Shown: positions 11,836-23,962 of the stretch, in pieces | Layout of the letters: every line of letters begins with the position of its first letter | How positions within the stretch are numbered: the first letter of the stretch is position 1 | Assembly (NCBI GenBank): GCA_032718475.1 | Contig: JAUCBJ010008787.1 | Location: forward strand, 34,030 to 98,029 | Direction of reading: 5' to 3' | DNA: 64,000 nt | DNA from: Nemertoderma westbladi | Taxonomy: Eukaryota > Animalia > Xenacoelomorpha | Notes under the pieces: generated by a model | Databases searched by the model: none | Told to the model about the DNA's origin: nothing | Seen by the model: only the letters and a program-made list of their open reading frames with translations | Made by a program: the position numbers and the translations under genes

Positions 11836-14800
11836 ATGAAGATTATTAAACCATCGTGGGTTGGCCATGATGGCGCTACTGGAGCTGCGATATTCTCAGT
11901 GGACATCCACCCAGACGGTTCCCGAGTGGCGACAGCCGGGCAGGGTGGGACTGCCGGATGCATCATCGTGTGGAACATGTCGCCGTTGCGCTCCAAAAAC
12001 GCTGAGCAGGACGAGAACGTCCCCAAGGTAAGGAAGAGGAAAGGAAGGCCCCGGACCCATCCTTCTATGCTTACCAGTTACCTGCTTACCGGTACCTGCC
12101 AGCCTGCGTAGGCCTACGGTACAGGCTGACAGGCTTATCCAGTTATCTGCTTATAGCTGTATACAGGTATAGTCAGATAGTCAATCGTCAATCGCAATAC
12201 CTTGAATACTCTAAAAATATGAGTAGAGTGATTAGTTCTTGAGTTATCAGGTTATTGTACAAAATGCCAAGGCTAGGTCCACCAATTGACAGATTGATAA
12301 CCTTACACCTTATATTGAGTTGACCCTGTCCAGACATTTAGTACAATAACTCGAGAACTAATGACTCAACTCATATTTTTTGAGTATTTACATCCCCTAA
12401 ATTGATCATTGCAGATGTAGTTATCTGTCAATTCTAGATATAGGCCTAGACCTTGTGATAATTACAATTGTATCATTTTTAGTGTATTTGTCAATATCGC
12501 ATCCATGCGCTGTTGACTTAGTGCCGGACTTACATTTTCTGCAATATCTTAAAAACTATATTATATTCGCTGTACAGCTGTATGCTGGTTTTGAAGGTAA
12601 ACACCAACTGAAGCAGTTTCAATGAGCCACACCTTTTCCTACTGTCCTAGCTAATAACACAGAGTAATTAATTACATTATTAGGTTCTGTGCGAGATGGA
12701 GTCCAACGGGTGTGTTAATTGCGTCCGCTGGTCGCACGACGGGCGCTCATTGGCCAGTTGCGGCGACGACAAACTGGTTTCCATATGGCAGTGGGCCAAG
12801 GGCCAGGGACCCTCATACGTCTTCGGTTCTGGTGGCAGTAAGATCAACCGCGAACACTGGAAGTGCATCCAGCACCTCCGGGGTCATAGCGGTGACGTCA
12901 TCGATGTAGCGTGGAACCGGGACGATTCTTACATAGCTTCCTGTTCCGTTGACAATTCCGTGATCGTGTGGAACGCTTTGAAGTTCCCCGAAGTCATTCG
13001 AACTATTAAAGGTTTGTACGATACGAGTCGTATGTCACACGAACGAAAGTAATGAGGTATTGCAAATAATGATAAAGAGTAGAAAACGAATTAATGCTTT
13101 ATTCCGAAATTGTAACAACGAAACAACTACCACACCAATGTCTACCACACCAATTCCTGGTTTCGGCCATAAAAAACACAAACATGAGAATACGTATTGT
13201 TATTGTCCGTTACCATAAATAAAATTAGTAAAGTAAATTTGTTCAATATCTGATAAATAGTTCCAGCAGAACGGAAATGTTTTGATTATATCGAATTTGT
13301 TTGTCAGTAAACAATCCAGTAATCAATTGAAAAATAATTTTAATAGAACTTTATCTTACTAATATTTAAGAAGTGTAAGATAAAGTTAGTGTTACCCAAA
13401 ACCCGCCACATATTACTAATAACTTTAAGGAATTGAATCCAAAATTGCAATCCCGATCCCGAAAAACGGGATACCAAGAGCGATAATCCCGGTCCCGATC
13501 CCGGAAATATACTATACTCGAGCTGAATATTTATTTATTTGTACTTCCCTTCTGTTTCACTCTAACATACAGTACTTGAGGCCGTTAGGTCCGCTGTTAG
13601 AGATAGAATATATGCAACTTAAACTGCCTGTTCAATAGAAGTGGATTAGGAGGTGTGAGTGTCAGGGGTTAGTGGCTGAGCTGGTTAGCGCTACTGATGA
13701 GGCCTGTTAGGCCGAAACGTACGTATAGCGCTGGTTCAACCCCCGGTGACGCGCTTTCTCATTTGTTCCACTTCTGAATAAACCCATAATATTACACCAT
13801 TAATAATAATTACTCACACGCTCCCCCCTCCATCAGGTCACAAAGGAATGGTTAAAGGTATATCCTGGGACCCGATAGGTAAGTATATGGCCTCGCAGTC
13901 GGACGACCGGACCCTGTCCATCTGGTCGGTCCACTCCGGGTGGTCGCTGGTCGCCACGGTAACCGAGCCCTTCACCGAGTGCTGCGGGACGACGCACGTT
14001 CTCCGGTGCAGCTGGTCCCCGGACGGGAGCGTGCTGCTGTCCGCCCACGCGATGAACAACGCCGGCCCCGTGGCCAAGGTGATCGAGCGCGGCACCTGGG
14101 CCCACAACCTCGACTTCGTGGGCCACCGGAAGGCGATCACCTGCACGCGGTTCAACCCGCGGCTGCTAAGGGGCGTCGGGGGCGACCAGACAGCCACTAT
14201 GAGCTGTTGCGCCGTGGGTTCGCGGGACCGGTCGGTCTCGTTGTGGCGGACGGATAGACAGCGCCCTCTAGCGGTCGTCCACGATCTCTTCACTAATACC
14301 GTCATGGATCTGAGTTGGGGCGCTAGGGGGCGTTACACCACGCTGATCGCGTGCTCCATAGACGGGACTGTCGCGCTGCTGGAGTTCAATGAGTCGGAGT
14401 TGGGGTGCGGGTTGTCTCGCAGTGAGACGGACGCGGAATTGTCGCGGCTCTACGGGAAGTCGTTTGCGCTATCCGGCCGCCAGGAGGCGCTGCTGGAGAA
14501 CCCCGAGTTGGTCGGGACCGCGGGCCGGGTCGCCCCGACGACGCCGACAACCGTCGCCCCGGTAACGCCGCGGCGGGACTTCCGGCCGCCGACGACCCGA
14601 CAGATCGAGAGCCGCACCCCGACCGGTCGGCGGCGCATCACGCCCATCTGTATCGCGGCGCTAGAGGGCGACATCGGCGCGGTCCCCGAGCCCTTCGCCG
14701 TGGCGACCGCGGAGCCCCCCGTCGCTATGGAGACCGACGCGAGCTGCCCTTCCGTCTCGCAGCTCAGTCGCGGGGCTCGCGACGCGCTAAACTCCCGCAT

Positions 14801-16061
14801 GGTCGCGCCCCCTAGCGGCCCCGAACGGCAAGCGAGAGCGCCCCCTAGCGGCGGAATCGAGGCCCCAACGTCTGTGGAGACGGTCACTAAGGGACCCGAT
14901 GATCTCGCCGTTCCCTTAGTTACGGTCAAACAAAACGATGTTCCCATACCAACGAACAAACAAAACCACGTAATTCCCGTAGCAACGAGTAAACATAACG
15001 ACTCTGCTCCCTTAGCAACTAGAAAACTGACCATTCAGGAAACCCAGAAACCGGAAGAATTGCGGCTCGATTTGGGATCGGTGTCTTCGGTTGTTAAGCA
15101 ACCACTCCTCGCAGTTCCCTCCCCCTCCTCGCTGTCCGTCACCGTGGCGACCGGGTCGTCGCCGCTGTTGGTGGAGGCATTGAGCCGCGAGGGGGCGTCC
15201 CTGGGGGCCCCGCTGCTCCGGTGCAGCTCCCGGGAGCGCCGACTCTGGGAGTTCCTCCTTGCCCAGCCGGTCGTCTCGCTCGCCGCCTCGTCTCGGTTCG
15301 TCGTGGCCGGCTGCGCGGACGCCACGCTGCACGCGTGGACCGCGGACGGCCGGTTGCTAGGGTTACCGGTGGCGTTGTCGGCGCCCGTGGTCCGGGCGAC
15401 GGTGACCGACTCCGGGTTGGCGGTCGTCACAGCGGACTGCCGGCTGTGGGGCTGGACGCTGCCGGGACTGGAGGTCGGGCTACGGGATGTCCCGATGGGG
15501 CATCTACTGCGGGACGCGACCACATTGAAACAGCTGTTGCTAAGCGACGAGTTGGACGCCACTGTGGTCGCGAGCGACGGGAAAGTCTATCGGTACAGTC
15601 GCACCGCGGGGAGTTGGTTACTCGTCGCGGATCCCGCAGACCCACTGGACTGTCTACTGGGTCGCGATGTAACCCGGCTAACAACCGGAAGTAACCCATT
15701 ACTCAACGTCACTTCCGGTATACAGCGTGTTGGTTACGTATCGCGTCTACAGGTTGCTATGCAACGCGCGTTACAACATCCCGCCACGCCGGGTCTCTAC
15801 CGCGAACTGTTGCTTCGATACGCTCGTTGCCTTGTTGATTCCGGTTCCGAGTTCCGACTCCGGGCGGTTTGCGAGGATCTTTTAGGACCGGTTGTTTCTT
15901 TGTCGCCATCGCGCTCCGCTTGGGTCGCCTCTCTACCAGGGGGTCTATCGAAACGCAGCTTATTGGCCGAAGTGCTGGGCGTTATAGCAACCAACGTGGA
16001 CTTACAGAGAGTCTATTCAGAGTATAAAATCCAATTAGATTCGTTATCCGAAAGCAGTTAA
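11836..16061 (+). CDS. HIRA: HIRA histone H3.3 chaperone; exons 11836-12027, 12684-13011, 13837-16061 (914 aa predicted)
   Basis: N-terminus MKIIKPSWVGHDG..IFSVDIHPDG, WD40 repeats (CVNCVRWS, LRGHSGDV, VKGISWDPIGKYMASQSDD, LDFVGHRKA), B-domain QIESRTPTGRRRITPICI, C-terminal RLRAVCEDLLGP. GT-AG introns have matching phases (0 and 1). Confidence 0.95.
12205..12389. mobile_element. Small foldback MITE in HIRA intron 1
   Basis: AATACTCTAAAAATATGAGT..GTTATTGTAC is inverted against GTACAATAAC..ACTCATATTTTTTGAGTATT. Confidence 0.5.
13686..13733 (+). ncRNA. Minimal type I hammerhead ribozyme between Pol III box A and box B, in HIRA intron 2
   Basis: AGCGCTA-CTGATGA-GGCCT(GTT)AGGCC-GAAA-CGTACG-TA-TAGCGCT. 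Box A-like TGGCTGAGCTGG at 13673, box B-like GGTTCAACCCC at 13733. Predicted cleavage after A13725. Confidence 0.9.
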
Positions 16062-16424
16062 CACAATGCAATGTAGGCTATTTATTTATATATTTAGGTT
16101 TAGTCAATTCATAAATATATTATTTTTATTATCTAGTTGACAAATGTTTGTTAATGTTGTGTCTTCATTAAAATTGATGAATATTAAATTTGTATATCGC
16201 AGTTATGCAATTTTGTTACAATATGATGTTTGTTGTAACGAGACTAGCCTCTAGTTTTCTGCATCATCATTGTCTGCCCGGTACTTTATATAGATAGCAC
16301 TCCATTTGGTGGTCTCCATTGAATCTTTGGATCTGACCTAAGCAAGTTTGTGAACTACTGAAGATCGAAAATGGGCACACCTAGGCGGGTGTGGGCCACT
16401 CGAATCCGACGAGGCGGTGCACAC

Positions 16425-18535
16425 TAGGGATGCGACAAAGCTAAAATTTCCTCCGGAGCCGGAGCCCAGAGGTTCCTCCGGGTTACAATATGAGCTCCGG
16501 ACGGAGCCGGAGTCTTGGTGATTGATAATTCAAGTGTATTATTATAGTAGACATAGACAGATATGTGTTCATGAGACAGGGGGGGGGGGGTTGATGCAAA
16601 TTCTTACGCGGCGAATTAATATCTCACCTCAATGTTAAATTATCATTTAAGGGAAATGAGCAGTTTACAGTCGCATGCTATTCTATTATAATCAAAACAA
16701 TAAACTATATTCAATAGAACAGGTTACAGTTTTATTTTTGGGAGTAATCGGCAGATATGTGCGTTGATTTTCTCCTGGTGAGGGATCCATTTTGATTGCG
16801 TCCAAAGACTCCCTTATCTGGTGTTCATTGGGCTAAAATATACTGTATAATGTTTTAGACTTTTCAGTTCACTGACACTATTTTTATGGGACATTGTGTC
16901 ATTAATTTCCAGGAGTTGGTGCAGTTTTCAGTATATTGTCATTGATAAACGATAAAACATGTACCCCCTACCTTACAGTACGTAGGCTGGCATAAACCGG
17001 ATATCTAAAATAATATTAGTAATTTGTATATATCACAACTGTTTAGAGGGTCCTCGGGCTCTATTTACATTATTGAATTAGGAACTGAAATACAATCTCC
17101 GCACAAAAATATTGTATAACTATTTTTTTTTTTAATATTAAGGTTATGTTTTATTTAATTAACTATTAGTATTATACAGTGTAATTTAAAATACGAAATT
17201 AAAATAATTTAAAATATAATAGGTACAAATAATACTAAAAGGGAATAATCCGAAGACAGAACTAGAGGCTTCCTAGAAGGGATAGGTGAGGGCAACTCGC
17301 ACATCTAATAGCATGGAGCCGGTCGGAAGCAGGACCCCCGCAGTAGATACAGGTGCAGGCATCCCCAAGTTCGTGAAAGGGGGTTTTATTTCGGCATATT
17401 TTCCAATGGACCATGGACAGTTACTCGAGTTATGAGGTGTCGATTCTTTTGGCCGGGAGAGCGCCACTGTGATGTTGTAAATGCAGGGCCTTCGGAATAA
17501 TTTTCTGCAACAAATAAGCTTTCTTTTGTCTGGCGATGTAGTCGATATTGTTCTAGAACAGTAGGTTCAAACATTGAAGGATAACGCAGTGACAAATCTT
17601 CTATGTATGTGTTCGTTGGAATCATTTTCAGGGCCACGGTGGAAGATGCATTTTTTTGGCAAACCAAGAAGACGTTTCACATAAGTTGATTTGATGATAT
17701 CAAATTGGTTAAGGTCTGCGAGAGTAAAGAATTTGGCGATCTCTGTGAAGGCATAATTAACCATAGGGTCTATTTTCATTTGGAAGATAGTTAGACCAGT
17801 GTTAATAGAAACAGAAACATGGTGAAGATCTTTTAGGCATCCTATGGCTGAGAAAGCTTTCCTTTTCTTCTGGTTTATGTGTCGTGAGAACGATAACGAT
17901 GGTTGTAGGGTGACCCCTAGGTACTCGTATTCGTTGCATAACGGTACTTGGACGCCGTTGTAGTAGAATACATCTGCCCTTGATGTTCGACCGCCTTTCC
18001 TAAATTTAATTATTTTGGTTTTCCCCATATTTAATTCCATCGAGTTTTTAATGGACCATTTGTAGAGTTCGTTTAGTGCGTTTTGGATATCACTGTTCTT
18101 TAGCGAGTATATAACTAGGTCGTCAGCAAAAAATATGAATCTTATGGTAGAAGCAACTATTAAAATTATTATTACATAAATTTAATAAAGTTCTATAATA
18201 TAAAATATTTCTAGAATTATAAGTATTTAAACTGATTATTTTATACAAATGAACAGTACCAGCCTGTTGGGGATAGGGATGGGGGGGTCAGTGGAATGGG
18301 GGTTCTAGATTGAGGAACGAAACGATAGTACATGACGTATTTAAGATTTTTTAATTAGGCAAGAATAATTTACATTATTCATACATCACAAAAACGTATT
18401 ATTTTAATTCAAATTTAAACAATATAAGCTCCGGATTGGCTCCGGGTTAATTTGCCCGGAGCCGGAACCAGAGCCGGAACTAGAAAATTGGCCCGGAGCT
18501 CCGGTTTCCGGAGCCGGAGCTCTGTCCCATCCCTA
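16425..18535. mobile_element. Non-autonomous hAT-type DNA transposon containing a MITE and a LINE 3' fragment
   Basis: Termini TAGGGATG...CATCCCTA, perfect 8-bp TSD GTGCACAC (16417-16424 and 18536-18543), subterminal CCGGAG repeats at both ends. Confidence 0.85.
17270..18150 (-). pseudogene. LINE reverse transcriptase C-terminal fragment
   Basis: FIFFADDLVIY at ~18105-18140, followed by LNMGKTKIIKFRKGG and YEYLGVTL (ORF 17567-18040). Confidence 0.8.
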
Positions 18536-18660
18536 GTGCACACATTGACATTTGGCGTGTGTACATTTTCTTACAGTAGAGAGTTGCAGGGGTTATTACG
18601 GTATACATCATGTCCTGTAATATAGTGTCGTATATATATAATATAGATTCTGGTATAGAT

Positions 18661-19442
18661 CCCCCCCCCCCCCCCCCCCCCCCCCACAAGAAAAATGTTT
18701 CTACAAATCTTAATGAGATTGTATGAAATTTGAAACAGAGATAGTTTCACCTCTCTCCTCGATTTAATTTTTGCTTTCAATCTTTAGCTACAAGCGTTTA
18801 AAAAAGTGTCTCCGTCGATATTGCACCAGTTACAGGACAGTCATTATACAATATTTGTAGATACTAGTGGAAAGCTGGCCATGCAAGGATTCCAAATATG
18901 TAAAATATTTGAATTTGGTTGGGTTATAGCTAGATATCGGCATTCGAATGTTGCATGTATTTACTTGCGCTGCAGGCTATTTATTATATTTAATAAATAC
19001 AGAACAGTTTGCTTCTGTAGGAATATCCATATACTTTTATCATCATGTAGGCATTGCGTTATTACCAAGCAACTTATGAGATAAACAAAATGTTCTAGAA
19101 TATTGTGTATTTATTAAATAGAATAAATGGCCTACAGTGGAAGCAAATACATGCAACATTCGAATGCCCATATCTCAGCTATTTCCCAACCAAATTCATA
19201 TATTTTTACATATTTGAAAGCCTTGCTTGGCCAGCTTTCCACAGGTATCTACAAATCACTATAAGGTTGAATAATGAATGTCCGGTAACTGGTGCAATAT
19301 CGACGCAGACACTTTTTTTAAACGCCTGTAGCTAAAGATTGAAAGCAAAAATAAAGTTAGTTGAAACTAACTCAGTTTCAAATGTCATGCAATCTAATTA
19401 AGATTTGTAGAAAAAAAAATTTTTTTTGGGGGGGGGGGGGGG
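18661..19442. mobile_element. Foldback MITE with ~300-bp imperfect TIRs ending in C and G tracts
   Basis: 18690-18966 is the imperfect reverse complement of 19141-19428, for example GATATTGCACCAGTTAC / GTAACTGGTGCAATATC and CATTCGAATGTTGCATGTATTT / AAATACATGCAACATTCGAATG. Confidence 0.8.
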
Positions 19443-20129
19443 TACCTGAATAACAACACTATAGTGTTGTATAATATTGTAATGTAATGTATAAAGTAAT
19501 TGTATTGTAATGTATAATATTCCAGGATATGGTATGGTGTATTTAATATCATAGTGTAATGAAGGAAGTGTTAAACTGTTGGCGATGTAGCTGAAAAATA
19601 AACAGATAAACATTTCTCTTTGACTCACTCAAGTTGATCGGGCCTAGTAACTCAAAAAATCTTGAGATTGACCTTGAAACTAACGTTGAATCTATTTTAG
19701 TAGTATTCCAATCTGAAAAGTTTCAAGGTCAACCTTAAGGTAGACTTCAGATTTTTCTCAAGGTAAACTTTAAATTTCAAGCCGGTAACACAAAAAATCT
19801 TGACTTGAGTTGAAGTCGAGGTCAAAGTCAACCGATTAGGTTTAAACTCGGTAGACATCTACTATGGCATAGGCTATATCTTTTACGGAGTCGCAGAGTA
19901 GTCTGAAGTTCCCCAGTCTGCTGCTAGAGGGTGAAATTTCTCAAAGTGAAAACCTGATCTCATTTGATTGTTTTTAATTCATTTAGACTGAAACTTGGTA
20001 GGTATTTATTACAATATAGGCTATATCTTTTACGGAGTTTGATCAGTCCGCAGTTCTCCATTGCGCTGCTAAAGACTCGGATTTAAGACCTGAGGCACTC
20101 CTAAAGTGTCGAGTTTTAGGTTAGGGCCA

Positions 20130-20512
20130 CAGTGAGGCTCAGACTATACCTCACACTGAGGCACTCCTAAAGTCTCGAGTTTTAGGTTTGGGCCACAGTG
20201 AGGCCACAGACTATACCTTACTGAGGCTCAGTCTATGCCCTACTGAGGCACAGACTACGCCTCACTGAGGCACAGACTATGTCTCACTGAGGCACAGACA
20301 ATGCCTCACTGAGGCACTCATGCACAGACTATGCCTCGCTGAGGCTCAGACTATGCCTCACTGAGGCACAGACTATGCCTCACTGAGGCACAGACTATGC
20401 CTCACTGAGGCTCAGACTATGCCTCACTGAGGCACTGACTATGCCTCACTGAGGTTCAGACTATGCCTCACTGAGGCACAGACTATGCCTCACTGAGGCA
20501 CCGAGGCTCAGA
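20130..20512. repeat. ~22-bp minisatellite (ACTGAGGCACAGACTATGCCTC)n, each unit partly palindromic
   Basis: Directly visible. It follows GATTTAAGACCTGAGGCACTCC, which also precedes the hexamer arrays at 34640 and (inverted) 37082. Confidence 0.9.
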
Positions 20513-20981
20513 TTAAGGGTCTAAGGCCTTCAAGCTGATCATTTGCTTAGTTGTTTAATTAGAAGGTCGTGAGTTCGAACCCTAGAAGAGCATTATTCTT
20601 TTTTTCCTACAGTAGCTCTTGGCTGTCTCTAGTGTAAACTAGCTTCGACTCCCCCAGCTATAGTGATAGTATGCAACCTTGGGAATGTAAGTGCGCTTAA
20701 TGCGCTGTCTTATGAGTAAATGCCAAAAGATTATACTTCAGATTGCCTCTGTTGGTTCACTCTTCTTAACTTTATAAAGGAGTTTACAAGCACAGGTTCA
20801 AATCCAACTAAAGCTCTATATATTTTGCACTGAAGTGGAATAATTTAGATGCTGGGGGAATCTGGTTTACGAGGGATATTTGAATGGTGAGTATAACTAT
20901 CCTTGGGAGTTAGTGTGGCGTTATCTCACCATGGATAGCCTTTATCCCTGAAACGAAAAACTGGAAAAGAAATTAAGCGTG

Positions 20982-21068
20982 TACTCGCATCTGCTCTCTC
21001 ATTGGCTGCTTTACTCGCATCTGCTCTCTCATTGGCTGATTTACTCGCATCTGGTCTCTCATTGGCTA
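20982..21068 (+). promoter_or_regulatory. Three 30-bp repeats, each with an ATTGG (inverted CCAAT) box, upstream of the ZnF-acidic ORF
   Basis: TACTCGCATCTGCTCTCTCATTGGCT x3, with ATTGG at 21001, 21031 and 21061. Confidence 0.45.
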
Positions 21069-21239
21069 CTCCAAACTAAGTTTCTTCTACATAGACCCTT
21101 GTTTACTGCTTTCCCATTCATTATATATTTTTATTTTTAAAAGTTTTATTTATTTAAAATTTACAATTTTACTTATTATACTCATAATTTGTAAAATCAT
21201 TTAGCGAAAATTAAATACTATCAATTGTTATTCTTATAT

Positions 21240-21915
21240 AACGCATAGATATGAAAGTTGTTTGGTTTGTAATAAAGAAATGAGACAAGACAATCTATCT
21301 CGTCATATGGAAAGAAATAGAAAGGATATACTAATGGATCCGTTACCAAAGAAATTTAAAAAATCCGAAGATATTTTTAGTAAAGATGAAAAGAAAAAGA
21401 TAGTTGAGCGTGATATATTAATGATAAAACAGACAATGGAAAATAAATTTCATAAAGTTATGAATATTTTGAAAGGGATACAAAAACAGTTATATTTAGA
21501 AAATGAAGAAAATTTGAGTGAGAAAGATGAAGAAGAAGAGGACGATGAGATGGAGAATAAAAATAGTGAGGGTCGGGATGAAGTTGAAGAGGGTGAGGTT
21601 GAGAACGAAGAAAGTGAAGATCAGGAAGAGGATGAAGAAAGTGAAGGTCAAGAAGAGGATGAAGAAAGCGAAGAACAGGAAGAGAATGAAGAAAGTGAAG
21701 AACAGGAAGAGGATGAAAAAAGTGAAGGTGGGGAAGAGGATGAAGAAATTGAAGGTGGGGAAGAGGATGAAGAAACTGAAGGTCAGAAAGAGGGTGAAGA
21801 TCAGGAAAGTGGAGAAGAGGATGAAAATGATGATGATGAGGAAATAAAGAGACAATTATTTGGAAATAAGAATAAATTGCGGAAAATTATTAAACATTTG
21901 AAGGAAAATGAAGAG
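21240..21915 (+). pseudogene. Degenerate paralog of the C2H2-acidic ORF at 35500, truncated by LINE sequence
   Basis: YESCLVCNKEMRQDNLSRHMERNRK..MDPLPKKFK..DIFS and LFGNKNKLRKII align with the ORF at 35500-36258. The start ATG appears as ACG and the second His is lost. Confidence 0.75.
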
Positions 21916-22283
21916 GCGACATTGACCAAAGCCGGCTTATCGACAAAATTGCACCGCCACAACTACCTATCACCCATGACATTTGCTAGATCATCCGCAT
22001 CTTCAAGGCCAGTGTCCTTTAAGATGCGTCTCAAGAAAGTCATGGGCTGTCCACCATGCTTATTCACTCCATGAGGCTGCCAAAGTACAAGATTATGCAC
22101 TGGCTGGTCCTCACGGCGAAAGCAATGTCCTGCAAAGCGGAGGCGATTTTGTTCTAGTGTCAAGCTTGGGGGAACCAATGAGACACCTCCAATGTTATAT
22201 AGTGTCTGGTTGGAGATGTGTGCATTGTACTTGACACAATGAACCCGGCGTAGCATTCTTGTGAATGTGCCATCCAGAGATTT

Positions 22284-22588
22284 ATATTTAAATGGGAAAG
22301 AAGTCGAAATGATGCCGTTCGTGGCGTATCCATAATTATAACTTCAGGGATAATGACTGTAGAAAGGGTCTAATGCCACGGTTAACGAAAACAGTTTCTA
22401 TTTATATGGCCATTTCATCCTCACGGACGTCTTCAGCAAATAAATTAAAAAAGAAAAACTTTTTTAAAAATTGTAATATGTTTATAAATTGTGTTTTAAT
22501 GTGAGGATGAAATGGCCATATAAATAGAAACTGTTTTCGTTAACCGTGGCATTAGACCCTTTCTACAGTCATTATCCCTAAAGTTATA
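22284..22588 (-). mobile_element. Short Penelope-type insertion with a 90-bp inverted tail
   Basis: TSD ATCCAGA(G/A)ATTT at 22272-22283 and 22589-22600. Inverted repeat 22335-22424 vs 22501-22590. The host LINE rejoins as KFLD|GTFTRMLR. Confidence 0.75.
22399..22442 (-). ncRNA. Variant minimal type I hammerhead ribozyme
   Basis: Minus strand reads TATTTG-CTGAAGA-C-GTCC(GTGA)GGAT-GAAA-TGGCCA-TA-TAAATA. It has one extra nt after the core, a G-U pair at the base of stem II, a GNRA loop and a palindromic stem III. Confidence 0.7.
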
Positions 22589-23962
22589 ATCCAGAAATTT
22601 GGTGTCCTCAGCAGTTAGAGCCCAGCGACTCCCATGGAGGAGTACTGGAACTACTGCTGCTCTAAATAATCGGACCTTAAGTTTCCGATTAATTCTCGGT
22701 CTCGGTGACTTCCAAATTCTGGAATGCCTATTCAAGGCTGCCCATGCCTTTCCCTTACGTATTCGAAGGTCACCTGACTTCCGGATCCATGGTCCCAGGT
22801 AACAGAAGTTATCCACATGCTCAAGCATACCATCTTTTGAGCTTATGCTCATCCGATCAGAGACTTGCTGAGGAAGCGGAGGCTTTCAAAGTTAACTGTC
22901 AAAATTTTGGTCTTTCTGGAGTTAATAAAAAAACCAACACTAGAAGCAGCATGTTCAAATGAGCTGAGGAGTCGTTGGGCTCCCTCTAGTGATTCTGATA
23001 GTACTCCTAAGTCATCAGCAAAGTCTAGATCAGTTAGGTACTTGGCAGGATTTCCTCGACTTCTGGAGCCAGTAGCTGGAGTTATCATCACCCCATCATC
23101 ATTATGATGATCTAAGGACATGCGTAGAACATACCGGTAGTCAACAACAATTATGAACAAGAATGGTACAAGTGTGTCTCCCTGGAGTACGCCCCATAAC
23201 ACTTCAAATAGTGCTGTGTCACCGTCAACAGTAGACACAAACGTTGTCGAACCATGGTATACTGATCTGATTGCTGCAATAATTTCATCCGGAATCCCAT
23301 ATAATGAAAGTATGCTGAACATACGTGAGCGAGAGACTGAATCAAAGGCCTTGAAGAAGTCAACAAAGATAACAGCCTGATGCCTGTCTTTCTTTTTTGA
23401 TAACTCTTCAATTATCCTTCTAAGTGCCAAAATGGGCTCCATGATCCCACGACCTTTACGGAACCCATTCTGATTTCCACGGCGCAGTCTCTCAATGGGT
23501 TCCCAGATGCGATTAGAATTATATTGTATAGCTTTGCAGCAATCGAGATCAATGAGATTCCCCGAAAAGAACCATAGAGTGTTAGGTTGCCCTTCTTGGG
23601 AACTGGCACCAACTTATTTGTTTTCATTTCTTGTGGGACTCTTGTTGTTCGGTACATGTCTACTATGATGGGATAGATGAGCTTTAAACACTCAGGTATT
23701 TTAAAGACCTCAGGGGGAACACCATCTACTCCACTGACACGATTGGTCTTAATGCTCTTTGCAGCAGCCTTCACTTCTGCAAAGGATATATCACCAATGG
23801 GAATATCTGGGAGTACAGACTCAGACACTTTTACTTCTATAAAGTTATAAGACAATACCCTGTCATTATTGAGGAGCTTTTCAAAGTGGGCCTTCCAACC
23901 ATTGAGGCGATCGGCTGGTGATTCAGCCTTAACCTTGGTGGTTGGTTGGCTTTTTCGACCAG

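Noticed and set aside
13833-15994. Overlapping and antisense ORFs within HIRA exon 3
   Set aside because: These are shadow ORFs expected in GC-rich coding DNA and have no recognisable motifs.
21496-21855. Phe-rich membrane-like and Lys/Arg-rich ORFs
   Set aside because: They are antisense and alternative frames of the GAA-rich acidic tract.
21262-22074. 270-aa ORF as an intact gene
   Set aside because: It is a chimera: after ~21915 it reads antisense LINE sequence, and its start codon is lost.
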